A DNA stretch of 64,000 bases from Spirochaetia bacterium (GTDB lineage: Bacteria > Spirochaetota > Spirochaetia > SZUA-6 > Bin103). The notes beneath the pieces are model-generated. The model was not told where the DNA came from, did no database searches, and saw only the letters and a program-made list of their open reading frames with translations. How positions within the stretch are numbered: position 1 is the first letter of the stretch; each line of letters starts with the position of its first letter. Positions 52,137 to 61,211 of this stretch are shown one piece after another. Both the position numbers and the translations under genes were made by a program. The stretch is taken from contig CBDBOV010000005.1 of the NCBI GenBank assembly GCA_965208575.1, positions 544,001 to 608,000 on the forward strand, given 5' to 3'.

Positions 52137-52892
52137 GTGACCTTCGTTCGCTTTGCCCGTGAAGATGAGAGTGTTTCCTACGGCCTGCTCGCCGGGGACG
52201 AGATTCAGCCGATCGACGGCTCGCCGTTCGGCGCCTGGTCGGAGGAAGGGGCGCCGGTCGCTCCCGGCGCGGTTCGCCTGCTGGCGCCGGTAGACCCCGG
52301 CAAGGGGCTGGCGCTGGCCGGCAACTTCCGCGACCACCTCGGCAGCGCCCCCGTGCCCACTCAGCCGGAACCGTTCTGGAAGACCCCGAACGCCTTCATC
52401 GGCCCCGGCGACACCATCCTGCTGCCGCCCAACCTGGCGCGCGTCGACGCCGAGGGCGAGGCGGTGGCGGTAATCGGCCAGTGGTGCAGCCGCGTGACCG
52501 AGCGCGAGGCGCTGAACTACGTGCTCGGCTACACCTGCGGCAACGACGTCAGCGGGCGCCCCTGGCAGGGCGGCGACAACCAGTGGTGGCGCGCCAAGAG
52601 CGCCGACACCTTCGGCCCCATCGGCCCCGGCATCGCCACCGGCCTCGACCCCGACGACCTGTCGGTGGTCACGCGCATCAACGGCACCGAGGTGCAGCGC
52701 TGCGGGCTCGCCGACATGATCCACAACTTCGCGGTGACCATCTCGTTCATCAGCCAGGCGGTCACCCTGCAGCCGGGCGACGTGATCTTCTCCGGCACCT
52801 CCGGCACGCCCGCCCAGCTCAACGACTGCGACACCTGCGAAGTGGAGATCCCCGGCATCGGCACCCTCACCAACCCCGTCAAGCTGCGCTGA
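52137..52892 (+). CDS. Fumarylacetoacetate hydrolase family protein
   Basis: EGE.VAVIG, GYTCGNDVS, AKSADTF.PIGP, LQPGDVI.SGT. Confidence 0.93.
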   Translation: MTFVRFAREDESVSYGLLAGDEIQPIDGSPFGAWSEEGAPVAPGAVRLLAPVDPGKGLALAGNFRDHLGSAPVPTQPEPFWKTPNAFIGPGDTILLPPNLARVDAEGEAVAVIGQWCSRVTEREALNYVLGYTCGNDVSGRPWQGGDNQWWRAKSADTFGPIGPGIATGLDPDDLSVVTRINGTEVQRCGLADMIHNFAVTISFISQAVTLQPGDVIFSGTSGTPAQLNDCDTCEVEIPGIGTLTNPVKLR

Positions 52893-52898
52893 GCCCGA

Positions 52899-54432
52899 GG
52901 GTGCATTCCGTCAGTGTGGTAGCGGTCAGGCAGCCTCAAGCTGGATCTGGTTGGATTCTGGGGTGGGCGATGAGGGCAACAGGCTCTCGAAATCGTCCCA
53001 GAAGCGACGGCTCTTCGCCGAAGCGCGGAGCTGAAGCATCTCCTTGGCTCCGTCCAGCGACCAAGTCATCCCACTCTGCTTCATGCGCTTGGCGACGACG
53101 TTCTTGCAGGCTCCCTCGACTACACCGCTGCCGATCGGCAGACCGCACGATCGATACAGCGGGTAGTCCATGCGGTGCTGGTTGGCCGTGAAGTAGTTGA
53201 TCTCGCCCTGGAGGTCGTAGCACTGCTTCTCGCTGTAGCGGCCACTGACGTGCAGTTCCTGCAGTTCCTTGATTACGGCGGCGACGCAGCCCTTGCGCAG
53301 CAGGCTGCGCCAGCGCTTGAAGGATCTCTTGAACTGCTCGCTGCCCTCGCCGTACAACACCTTGCCGATCTTCCCCAAGTGGTCGCAGGCATGCCAGAAA
53401 TCGAGGATGTGCCAGACCTTCTGCCCGGGTTCGGACAGCTGGGAGACCCGGTCCCATATCCAATGCGCTCCATCGCCCAGAATCACCAGCACCAGCGCTG
53501 CCAGGTGAGCGCTGCGCCGGCTCATTTCCACCTCGATCCGGGGAAAGAACTCATCAGCATGCTCGATCCCGGTGACACAGGAGGTCTTGGTGCAGTGCGC
53601 TGCACCCTCCCGGTCCACCTTCACCGCTGATACCGTCGCTACCTTGGAGTCCCGAAACACGCGATCGTAACTCTTTTTCCCATCTTCAGTTACCCGCTCG
53701 TTCGCGCGTGTCGCCACCTTCCCCGCGTCGATGCCCACGACCATCGTCCCGGTGATCTCTTCGCGCACCGCCACCGGCTCGTCGGCACGCTCGACAATCT
53801 CCCGCTGGCGTTGCTCCGCCAACCCGTCAGTAACCGCCCGCACCATCTCGAACGCCTTGTTCATCGACACCAGCTCCCGCCCGTCAGGCCGCAACACCTC
53901 GTGGAATTGCGCCAGACCCTGCTCGTAGGACTGCTCGGCGCACCACCGCGCCATGAAGTACTGGCACCCAGGCGTGTACCCGCCCGCGATACCCAGTTGC
54001 TCTGTCAGCGGCACCCACCCCTTGCCACCGCCACCGAGCGGCGCGTAGTAGGCGCGCACCAAGGTGATCACGCCGAACAGCCCATGCAGCGTCTTCCGCC
54101 GTCTCCCGACAAAGCGGTACCGAACCTCGCCGCGGGTTGCGCGCGCACCGACATACCCATCACCGACTTGCTCACACCAGCGTTGCATCGCTGCACGTCC
54201 CGCAGCCACCAGGCACTTCAGCATACCGAGCTCCGCGGCGAGCAGATCCCGTGGTCCGCTGCACGGGTTCAGGTCAATCCCGCACCGGGTCTTGCAAAAC
54301 CGGAGCAACTCCGTTACCAAGGTCTCACTCATTTTGGTCCCCTCCCAGAGACAGGTCGATGTTTACCACATCACCGAATCTCTGGTCTCTGGGAGGGTTC
54401 CTATTCCGCTACCACAGAGAAAGAATGCACCC
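52899..54432 (-). mobile_element. ISKra4/ISLre2-type (Mutator-like) IS, 1534 bp, 9-bp target duplication TGAGCCCGA
   Basis: 27-bp IRs GGGTGCATTC-N6-TGTGGTAGCGG (23/27 identical); duplication at 52890-52898 and 54433-54441. Confidence 0.93.
52926..54332 (-). CDS. ISKra4/ISLre2-type DDE transposase (intact)
   Basis: GDGAHWIW, LDFWHA..HL, RMDY....G.PIGSGVVEGACK, RMKQSGMTW. Confidence 0.92.
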   Translation of the reverse strand: MSETLVTELLRFCKTRCGIDLNPCSGPRDLLAAELGMLKCLVAAGRAAMQRWCEQVGDGYVGARATRGEVRYRFVGRRRKTLHGLFGVITLVRAYYAPLGGGGKGWVPLTEQLGIAGGYTPGCQYFMARWCAEQSYEQGLAQFHEVLRPDGRELVSMNKAFEMVRAVTDGLAEQRQREIVERADEPVAVREEITGTMVVGIDAGKVATRANERVTEDGKKSYDRVFRDSKVATVSAVKVDREGAAHCTKTSCVTGIEHADEFFPRIEVEMSRRSAHLAALVLVILGDGAHWIWDRVSQLSEPGQKVWHILDFWHACDHLGKIGKVLYGEGSEQFKRSFKRWRSLLRKGCVAAVIKELQELHVSGRYSEKQCYDLQGEINYFTANQHRMDYPLYRSCGLPIGSGVVEGACKNVVAKRMKQSGMTWSLDGAKEMLQLRASAKSRRFWDDFESLLPSSPTPESNQIQLEAA

Positions 54433-54444
54433 TGAGCCCGACGT

Positions 54445-54952
54445 TCAGGACAGGTATGGCGGGGCGAGTTGGCGGAGGGCTTCGTAGACTACCACCGCGA
54501 CCGAGTTGGCGAGGTTGAGGGAGCGCAGGCCGGGGCGCATCGGGATGCGGGCGGTGGCGGAGCGGTGGCGGGCGCGCAGGTCGGCGGGCAGGCCGGCGGT
54601 TTCGTTGCCGAACAGCAGGTAGCAACCGTGCCGGTAGCGGAACCCCGTGTAGGGTCGGGTACCGTGGGTGGAGAGCAGCACGAGCTGGCCGCCCGCGGCG
54701 CTGGCGGCGGCCAGCACCGGCTCCAGGCGGCCATGCCGGTGCACGTTCACCTCAGACCAGTAGTCGAGGCCGGCGCGGCGCACGGCGCTGTCGGTCACGG
54801 CGAAGCCGAGCGGCTCCACCAGGTGCAGCGCGGCGCCCACGGCGGCGCAGGTGCGGGCGATGTTGCCGGTGTTCTGCGGAATCTGCGGCTGGTAGAGCAC
54901 GACGTTCAGGATCGCGCCGTCCCGACCGCCGACCGCGACACCCGCGCGCGGG

Positions 54953-54969
<17 letters not shown>
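54445..54969 (-). CDS. trmL: tRNA (cytidine/uridine-34 2'-O)-methyltransferase; start uncertain
   Basis: [49 protein letters not shown]. Confidence 0.93.
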
Positions 54970-55915
<946 letters not shown>

Positions 55916-55953
55916 GCCTGCCTGTAGCCTGCCTGTGATGTTCAGTTGAACGT

Positions 55954-57564
55954 GTGCCGGGGAGTACGATACCCTACGGGCCACCCTTGAGCCATTCCAC
56001 TTCAACCCACATTCTACCGGACGCCCCGCGTCCCGAACTGCTGCCGCGTACCCTGGCCGCGTTGCGCATCCTCGGCTACCCCGAGGAACGAACCGTCAAG
56101 GAGGAGATGCGCGACAACCTGCTGCGCATGCTGCGCGACGGCGTCGAGGTCGGCGACCTGTTTCCCGGCATCCTCGGTTACGAAAAGACCGTCCTGCCCG
56201 GGCTGGTGAACGCCCTCCTGTCGCGCCACGACTTCATCCTGCTCGGGTTGCGCGGGCAGGCCAAGACGCGCATCCTGCGCTCCCTGGTGCGGTTTCTGGA
56301 CCAGCGCATTCCCGCCATCGAAGGTTCCGACCTGAACGAGAATCCGTTTCGGCCGATTACCGCCCAGGGCCGCCAGATCATCGCCGAGTTCGGCGACGAC
56401 ACGCCAATCCGCTGGATCGAGCCGGAGGAGCGCTACCAGGAAAAGCTCGCCACCCCGGACGTGACCATTGCCGACCTGATCGGCGACGTCGATCCGATCA
56501 AGGCGGCCACGCAGCGCCTGTCCTACGCCGACCAGGGCGTGATCCACTACGGCATCGTGCCGCGCACCAACCGCGGCATATTCGCCATCAACGAGGTGCC
56601 CGACTTGCCGCCGCGGATCCAGGTGGGTCTGCTCAACATCCTCGAAGAAAAGGATTTCCAGATCCGCGGCTTCCCGCTGCGCATTCCGCTCGACATCTGC
56701 ATGGTGTTCTCCGCCAACCCCGAGGACTACACCAACCGCGGCAACATCATCTCGCCGCTCAAGGACCGCATCGATTCGCAGATCATCACCCACTATCCGG
56801 CCGACATGGAGCACGCCCTGGCGATTACCCGGCAGGAGGCGTGGGAGAGCCGCAACGGCGGCGCCCGCATCGAGATTCCGGGGTACTTTCGGGAGCTGAT
56901 CGAGGACGTGGCGTTCGAGGCGCGCGGCAGCGAGTTTGTCGACCAGAAGTCGGGCGTGTCGGCGCGCATGACCATCGCCCTGCTGGAGAACGTCATCTCC
57001 AACGTGGAACGGCGCTGCCTGCGGCACGGCGACGGGGTGGCCTATCCGCGGCTGTCGGACCTGCACATGGCGCTGCCCGCGATCACCGGCAAGCTGGAGC
57101 TGGTCTACGAGGGCGAGCAGGAGGGGCCGGCGCTGGTGGCGCGCAAGATCATCGGGCAGGCGGTGCGGCGCACCTTTCGGCGCTACTTCCCCAAGCCGGA
57201 CGTCAAGGTGCGCGACGGCAAGGAGGGCAAGGCGGGCGAGGAGGGCGAGGAGGGGCAGGACGGTTCCTCGCCGTACGCGCCGATCGTGCGGTGGTTTTCC
57301 AACGGCAACACCGTGGAGACCGCCGACGAGCAGGCGTACGCCGATTACGCACAGCGCCTGGCACAGGTGGACGGTCTGCGCGACGTGGCCGTCGCAGGGC
57401 TGAAGATCGGCGCCGCCGAGGAAGCCGGACTGGCGATGGAACTGGTCCTGGAGGGACTGCACCAGCACTCGATGATTTCCAAGCGCGACCTGGACAGCAC
57501 CACCTCCTACCGCGACATGCTGAAGGCGATGTTCGACCAGATGAGCGACGAGGACCGCGACTGA
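55954..57564 (+). CDS. Mg-chelatase-like AAA+ ATPase (start possibly TTG 55987)
   Basis: [16 protein letters not shown]...[32 protein letters not shown]. Confidence 0.9.
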   Translation: MPGSTIPYGPPLSHSTSTHILPDAPRPELLPRTLAALRILGYPEERTVKEEMRDNLLRMLRDGVEVGDLFPGILGYEKTVLPGLVNALLSRHDFILLGLRGQAKTRILRSLVRFLDQRIPAIEGSDLNENPFRPITAQGRQIIAEFGDDTPIRWIEPEERYQEKLATPDVTIADLIGDVDPIKAATQRLSYADQGVIHYGIVPRTNRGIFAINEVPDLPPRIQVGLLNILEEKDFQIRGFPLRIPLDICMVFSANPEDYTNRGNIISPLKDRIDSQIITHYPADMEHALAITRQEAWESRNGGARIEIPGYFRELIEDVAFEARGSEFVDQKSGVSARMTIALLENVISNVERRCLRHGDGVAYPRLSDLHMALPAITGKLELVYEGEQEGPALVARKIIGQAVRRTFRRYFPKPDVKVRDGKEGKAGEEGEEGQDGSSPYAPIVRWFSNGNTVETADEQAYADYAQRLAQVDGLRDVAVAGLKIGAAEEAGLAMELVLEGLHQHSMISKRDLDSTTSYRDMLKAMFDQMSDEDRD

Positions 57565-57589
57565 CCACCGGGTCTGACGGAGGAGAGAG

Positions 57590-58678
57590 ATGAAGTTCGA
57601 GTACCTGAAGTGGGACGAATCGCTGGCCGCGGCGCTGCAGAACTTCTCCAACCTCATGAACCTGTTCAACTTCCTGCTGCTGCAGGCGAGCGGCGACGTC
57701 GACAAGGTGCTGGAGTGGATGAAGTACCTGCAGCGGCGCGGCTTCATCGACGAGCGCTTCGACCTGGACGATTTCCGCGAGCAGCTCGAGCACCAGGCGA
57801 TCATCGCCCGCGATGGCGACGGCTATTCGCTCACCGCGCGCGGCGAGCAGCAGATTCGCAAGGAGTCGCTGAAGCTGGTCTTCAACAACCTGCAGAAGGG
57901 CGGCTTCGGACAGCACCGCACCCCGCACACCGGCGACGGCGGCGAACGCCTGCCGGAGACGCGCCCCTACCGGTTCGGCGACCCGATCACCCAGATCGAC
58001 GCCTTCGCCACCATCAACAACGCCGTCAAGCGCGGCGGCGTGGACGACATCTCACTCGGCGAGCAGGACTTCGAGGTGTTCGACACCGAGCACAACTCCT
58101 CCTGCGCCACGGTGCTGCTGATCGACCTGAGCCACAGCATGATCCTGTACGGGGAGGATCGCATCACGCCCGCCAAGCAGGTGGCGCTCGCCCTCTACGA
58201 GCTGATCACCTCGCAGTTCCCGAAGGACAGCCTGCACGTGGCCTACTTCGGCGACGACGCGCGCATGATCGAGGTGCGCGACATTCCCTACCTGAAGGTG
58301 GGGCCGTTCCACACCAACACCAAGGCGGGCCTGCAACTCGCCCAGCAGGTGCTGCGCAACCAGAAGCACCCCAACAAGCAGGTATTCATGATCACCGACG
58401 GCAAGCCGTCCGCCATCTTCGAGAACGGCCGCCTGTACAAGAACTCGTTCGGCCTCGACCCCAAGATCGTCAACCAGACCCTGGAGGAGGCGGCCGCCTG
58501 CAAGCGCCAGGGCATCGTGATCACCACCTTCATGGTCACCGAAGACCCCTACCTGGTGCAGTTCGTCGAGGAGCTGTCGCGCGTCAACAGCGGGCGCGCC
58601 TACTACTCGTCGCTCGACAACCTCGGCAACTACATCTTCGCCGACTACGCCAAGAACCGCCGCCGCAACGTCCGCTGA
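57590..58678 (+). CDS. VWA-domain protein, partner of the AAA+ ATPase
   Basis: MIDAS motif DLSHS, TN, ITDGKP. Confidence 0.92.
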   Translation: MKFEYLKWDESLAAALQNFSNLMNLFNFLLLQASGDVDKVLEWMKYLQRRGFIDERFDLDDFREQLEHQAIIARDGDGYSLTARGEQQIRKESLKLVFNNLQKGGFGQHRTPHTGDGGERLPETRPYRFGDPITQIDAFATINNAVKRGGVDDISLGEQDFEVFDTEHNSSCATVLLIDLSHSMILYGEDRITPAKQVALALYELITSQFPKDSLHVAYFGDDARMIEVRDIPYLKVGPFHTNTKAGLQLAQQVLRNQKHPNKQVFMITDGKPSAIFENGRLYKNSFGLDPKIVNQTLEEAAACKRQGIVITTFMVTEDPYLVQFVEELSRVNSGRAYYSSLDNLGNYIFADYAKNRRRNVR

Positions 58679-58720
58679 TACGAGGCCGGCGCCGGCGTTG
58701 GCCGAGTTGGCGGAGCGGGA

Positions 58721-60526
58721 TCAGCCGCCGGCGGGTTGGCGGATCCGTAGCGCCAGTTCGGCGAGCTGGTCGTCGGACAGGGGGGCGGGGGAGTCGTCCA
58801 TCGGGGAGGCGGCCCAGGTGTTCTTGGGGAACGCGATCACGTCGCGGATGGTGGCTTCGCCGGCCATCAGCCTCACGGTGCGGTCGAAGCCGATGGCGGC
58901 GCCGCCGTGCGGGGGCGCGCCGTAGCGGAACGCGTCGAGCATGAAGCCGAAACGTTGGGCGGCTTCCTCCTCGGAGACGCCGAGGATCGCGAACACGCGC
59001 CGTTGCAGCACCGGATCGTGGATCCGGATCGAGCCCGAGGCCAGCTCGACGCCGTTTATCACCGCGTCGTACAACTCGCCGCGCACCGCCGCCGGGTCCT
59101 GCTCCAGGCGGTCGAGGTACTGCGCCTGCGGGTTCGAGAACATGTGGTGCTCGGCATCCCAGCGCTGCTCCTCGTCGTTCCAGGCGAACAGCGGGAAGTC
59201 TGTCACGAAGCAGGGCCGGAAGGCGCCTTGCTCGGCCAGGCCCTCGCGCCGCGCCAACTCGGTGCGCACCGCGCCGAGTGCCGTGCAGGCGGTGCGCCAG
59301 GGGGCGGCCACCAGCAACAGCAGGTCTCCCTCCCGCGCCCCGAGCGTGCGCCCGATCTCGGCTTGCTGCGCCTGGTAGAAGCGCGATACGCCGCTCTCCA
59401 GGCCGTCGGTGCCGCACTTCATCCACGCCAGGCCGGCGGCGCCGTAGGTCTTGGCGTGCTCTTCCAGTTCTTCGATCTGGCGGCGCGAGTAGCCGGCCAG
59501 ACCGGGGGCGCGCAGAGCCTTTACGGTGTCGCCGCGCTCCGCGGCCTTCTTGAAAATGCCGAACTCGCCGGCGCGCGCCAGTTCGGTGAAGTCGCACAAC
59601 GCCAACTCGTAGCGCAGGTCGGGGCGGTCGGAGCCGTAGCGGTTCATCGCGTCGTGAAAGGTGATGCGCGGGAACGGCAGCGGCAGTTCGTAGCCGATGC
59701 CGTCGCGGAAGGCGGCCGCGAACGCCGCCTCCAGCACCGCCAGCACGTCGTCCTGGTCCACGAAGCTCATCTCGAAGTCGAGCTGGGTGAACTCCGGCTG
59801 GCGGTCGCCGCGCGCGTCCTCGTCGCGGTAGCAGCGCGCCAACTGGTAGTAGCGGTCGCAGCCGGACAGCATCAGGAGCTGCTTGAGGATCTGCGGCGAC
59901 TGCGGCAGGGCGTAGAAGCTGCCCGGCTTGAGGCGGGAAGGCACCACGAAGTCGCGCGCGCCCTCCGGCGTGGAGCGCATCAGGGTGGGGGTCTCGATCT
60001 CCAGGAAGCGGCGTGAATTGAGGGCGGCGCGCATCGCCTGGGCGGCGCGGTGGCGCAGCATGAGGTTGCGCTGCATGGTGGCCGAGCGCAGGTCGAGGTA
60101 GCGGTGCTTGAGGCGCAACTCCTCGCGCGCCTCGGTATGGGCGCCGGGTTGGTCGTTGACCATGAACGGCAGGGTGGCGCAGGTGCTCAACACCGCGAGC
60201 TGCTCGCCGGCCACCTCGATCTCGCCGGTGGCCAGTTCGCTATTCACCATGTCCGGCGGCCGCCGGCGCACGGTGCCGCGCACCGCCACGCAGTACTCCA
60301 GCTTGAGGTCCCCGACCGTGGCCGCGAGGGCGCCCGGCGCGGCGGCGCCCTCATCGGCGCTGACGTCGAACACCACCTGCGTCACTCCGTAGCGGTCGCG
60401 CAGGTCCAGGAAGGTGATGCCGCCGTGGTCGCGGATCCGCGCCACCCAGCCGTTGAGGGTTACCTGCCCGCCCGCCGCCGCGGCATCCAGTTCGCCGCAG
60501 GTCACGGTGCGCTTCATCTCGTGCAT
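58721..60526 (-). CDS. aspS: Aspartate--tRNA ligase
   Basis: RDHGG..F.DLRD, LRLKHRYLDLR, TPEGARDF, YALPQSPQ, DRQPEFTQLD, GAPPHGG, VIAFPK. Confidence 0.97.
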   Translation of the reverse strand: MHEMKRTVTCGELDAAAAGGQVTLNGWVARIRDHGGITFLDLRDRYGVTQVVFDVSADEGAAAPGALAATVGDLKLEYCVAVRGTVRRRPPDMVNSELATGEIEVAGEQLAVLSTCATLPFMVNDQPGAHTEAREELRLKHRYLDLRSATMQRNLMLRHRAAQAMRAALNSRRFLEIETPTLMRSTPEGARDFVVPSRLKPGSFYALPQSPQILKQLLMLSGCDRYYQLARCYRDEDARGDRQPEFTQLDFEMSFVDQDDVLAVLEAAFAAAFRDGIGYELPLPFPRITFHDAMNRYGSDRPDLRYELALCDFTELARAGEFGIFKKAAERGDTVKALRAPGLAGYSRRQIEELEEHAKTYGAAGLAWMKCGTDGLESGVSRFYQAQQAEIGRTLGAREGDLLLLVAAPWRTACTALGAVRTELARREGLAEQGAFRPCFVTDFPLFAWNDEEQRWDAEHHMFSNPQAQYLDRLEQDPAAVRGELYDAVINGVELASGSIRIHDPVLQRRVFAILGVSEEEAAQRFGFMLDAFRYGAPPHGGAAIGFDRTVRLMAGEATIRDVIAFPKNTWAASPMDDSPAPLSDDQLAELALRIRQPAGG

Positions 60527-60540
60527 GCGGCAATATACCC

Positions 60541-60864
60541 TCAGTCGCCGAGGTAGAGGGCAAGTGCGCGATCGAATCGTTCCATCAGCGGCGTCGACGC
60601 GGTACCGATGTAGTCGGCGAGCCGCGCCTTCGCAACCTGGCGAATCCCCGGGAGCACCACGAACGACGACTTCCCGCGCACGGCGTCGGCCTGGACGCGC
60701 AGCGGCCAGATCTCGCCCGGCGTGGTGGAGAGCGGAGCCACCACCACGCTGTCGAGGATCTCGTTGTGTACGGTGTTGGATACGACCAGCCCCGGTCTCG
60801 TCTTGCCGAACTCCGGGGGCGAGCTTGCACCCAGGTTGATCCAGTACAACGACCCTCGCGTCAC
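60541..60864 (-). CDS. PemK/MazF-family toxin
   Basis: RGSLYWINL....EFGKTRPGLVVSN, VVAPLST, IRQV...RL...IG. Confidence 0.92.
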   Translation of the reverse strand: MTRGSLYWINLGASSPPEFGKTRPGLVVSNTVHNEILDSVVVAPLSTTPGEIWPLRVQADAVRGKSSFVVLPGIRQVAKARLADYIGTASTPLMERFDRALALYLGD

Positions 60865-61112
60865 TCAGCACTCCGGGCACCGGCGGGTGCCGAAGCAAGG
60901 TCCGCGCCATCCCACTCATCCATCCACCGCTTCTCTTCCGGGTGCCTCGCGACGAATTCCTTGAATGCGGCCGCGGCGTCGCGTGACAGCCGTCGTTCGA
61001 TCTCGCTCTGCAACGCCCGCCGGACATACGCGGCGACGCTCTGACCGGGCTCCCTGGCGGCTTCGATACCCTCGAGCAGCTTACCCTCTATCTTTACAGT
61101 AGTAGCTCTCAT
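60861..61112 (-). CDS. RHH-type antitoxin of the MazF-like toxin
   Basis: ATTVKIE..LL..S...YVRRAL; acidic tail EWDGADL; GTGA overlap with the toxin. Confidence 0.8.
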   Translation of the reverse strand: MRATTVKIEGKLLEGIEAAREPGQSVAAYVRRALQSEIERRLSRDAAAAFKEFVARHPEEKRWMDEWDGADLASAPAGARSAE

Positions 61113-61114
61113 GC

Positions 61115-61130
61115 ACACATTATACTGTGT
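61115..61130 (-). promoter_or_regulatory. Perfect -10 box (TATAAT) 6 nt before the ATG, inside an ACACA..TGTGT inverted repeat
   Basis: Minus strand reads ACACAGTATAATGTGTGC-ATG; no SD. Confidence 0.6.
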
Positions 61131-61211
61131 TGCCACGAGTCAGCGTGCAAGGATCGCCGCGCCGTTCGCCGCAGTAACCGACGCTTGGTCGACGCGGCGG
61201 CGGCCGTTCGG

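Noticed and set aside
55954-58678. Chlorophyll or cobalamin chelatase pathway, or a novel system
   Set aside because: A widespread AAA+/VWA pair with no tetrapyrrole genes nearby.
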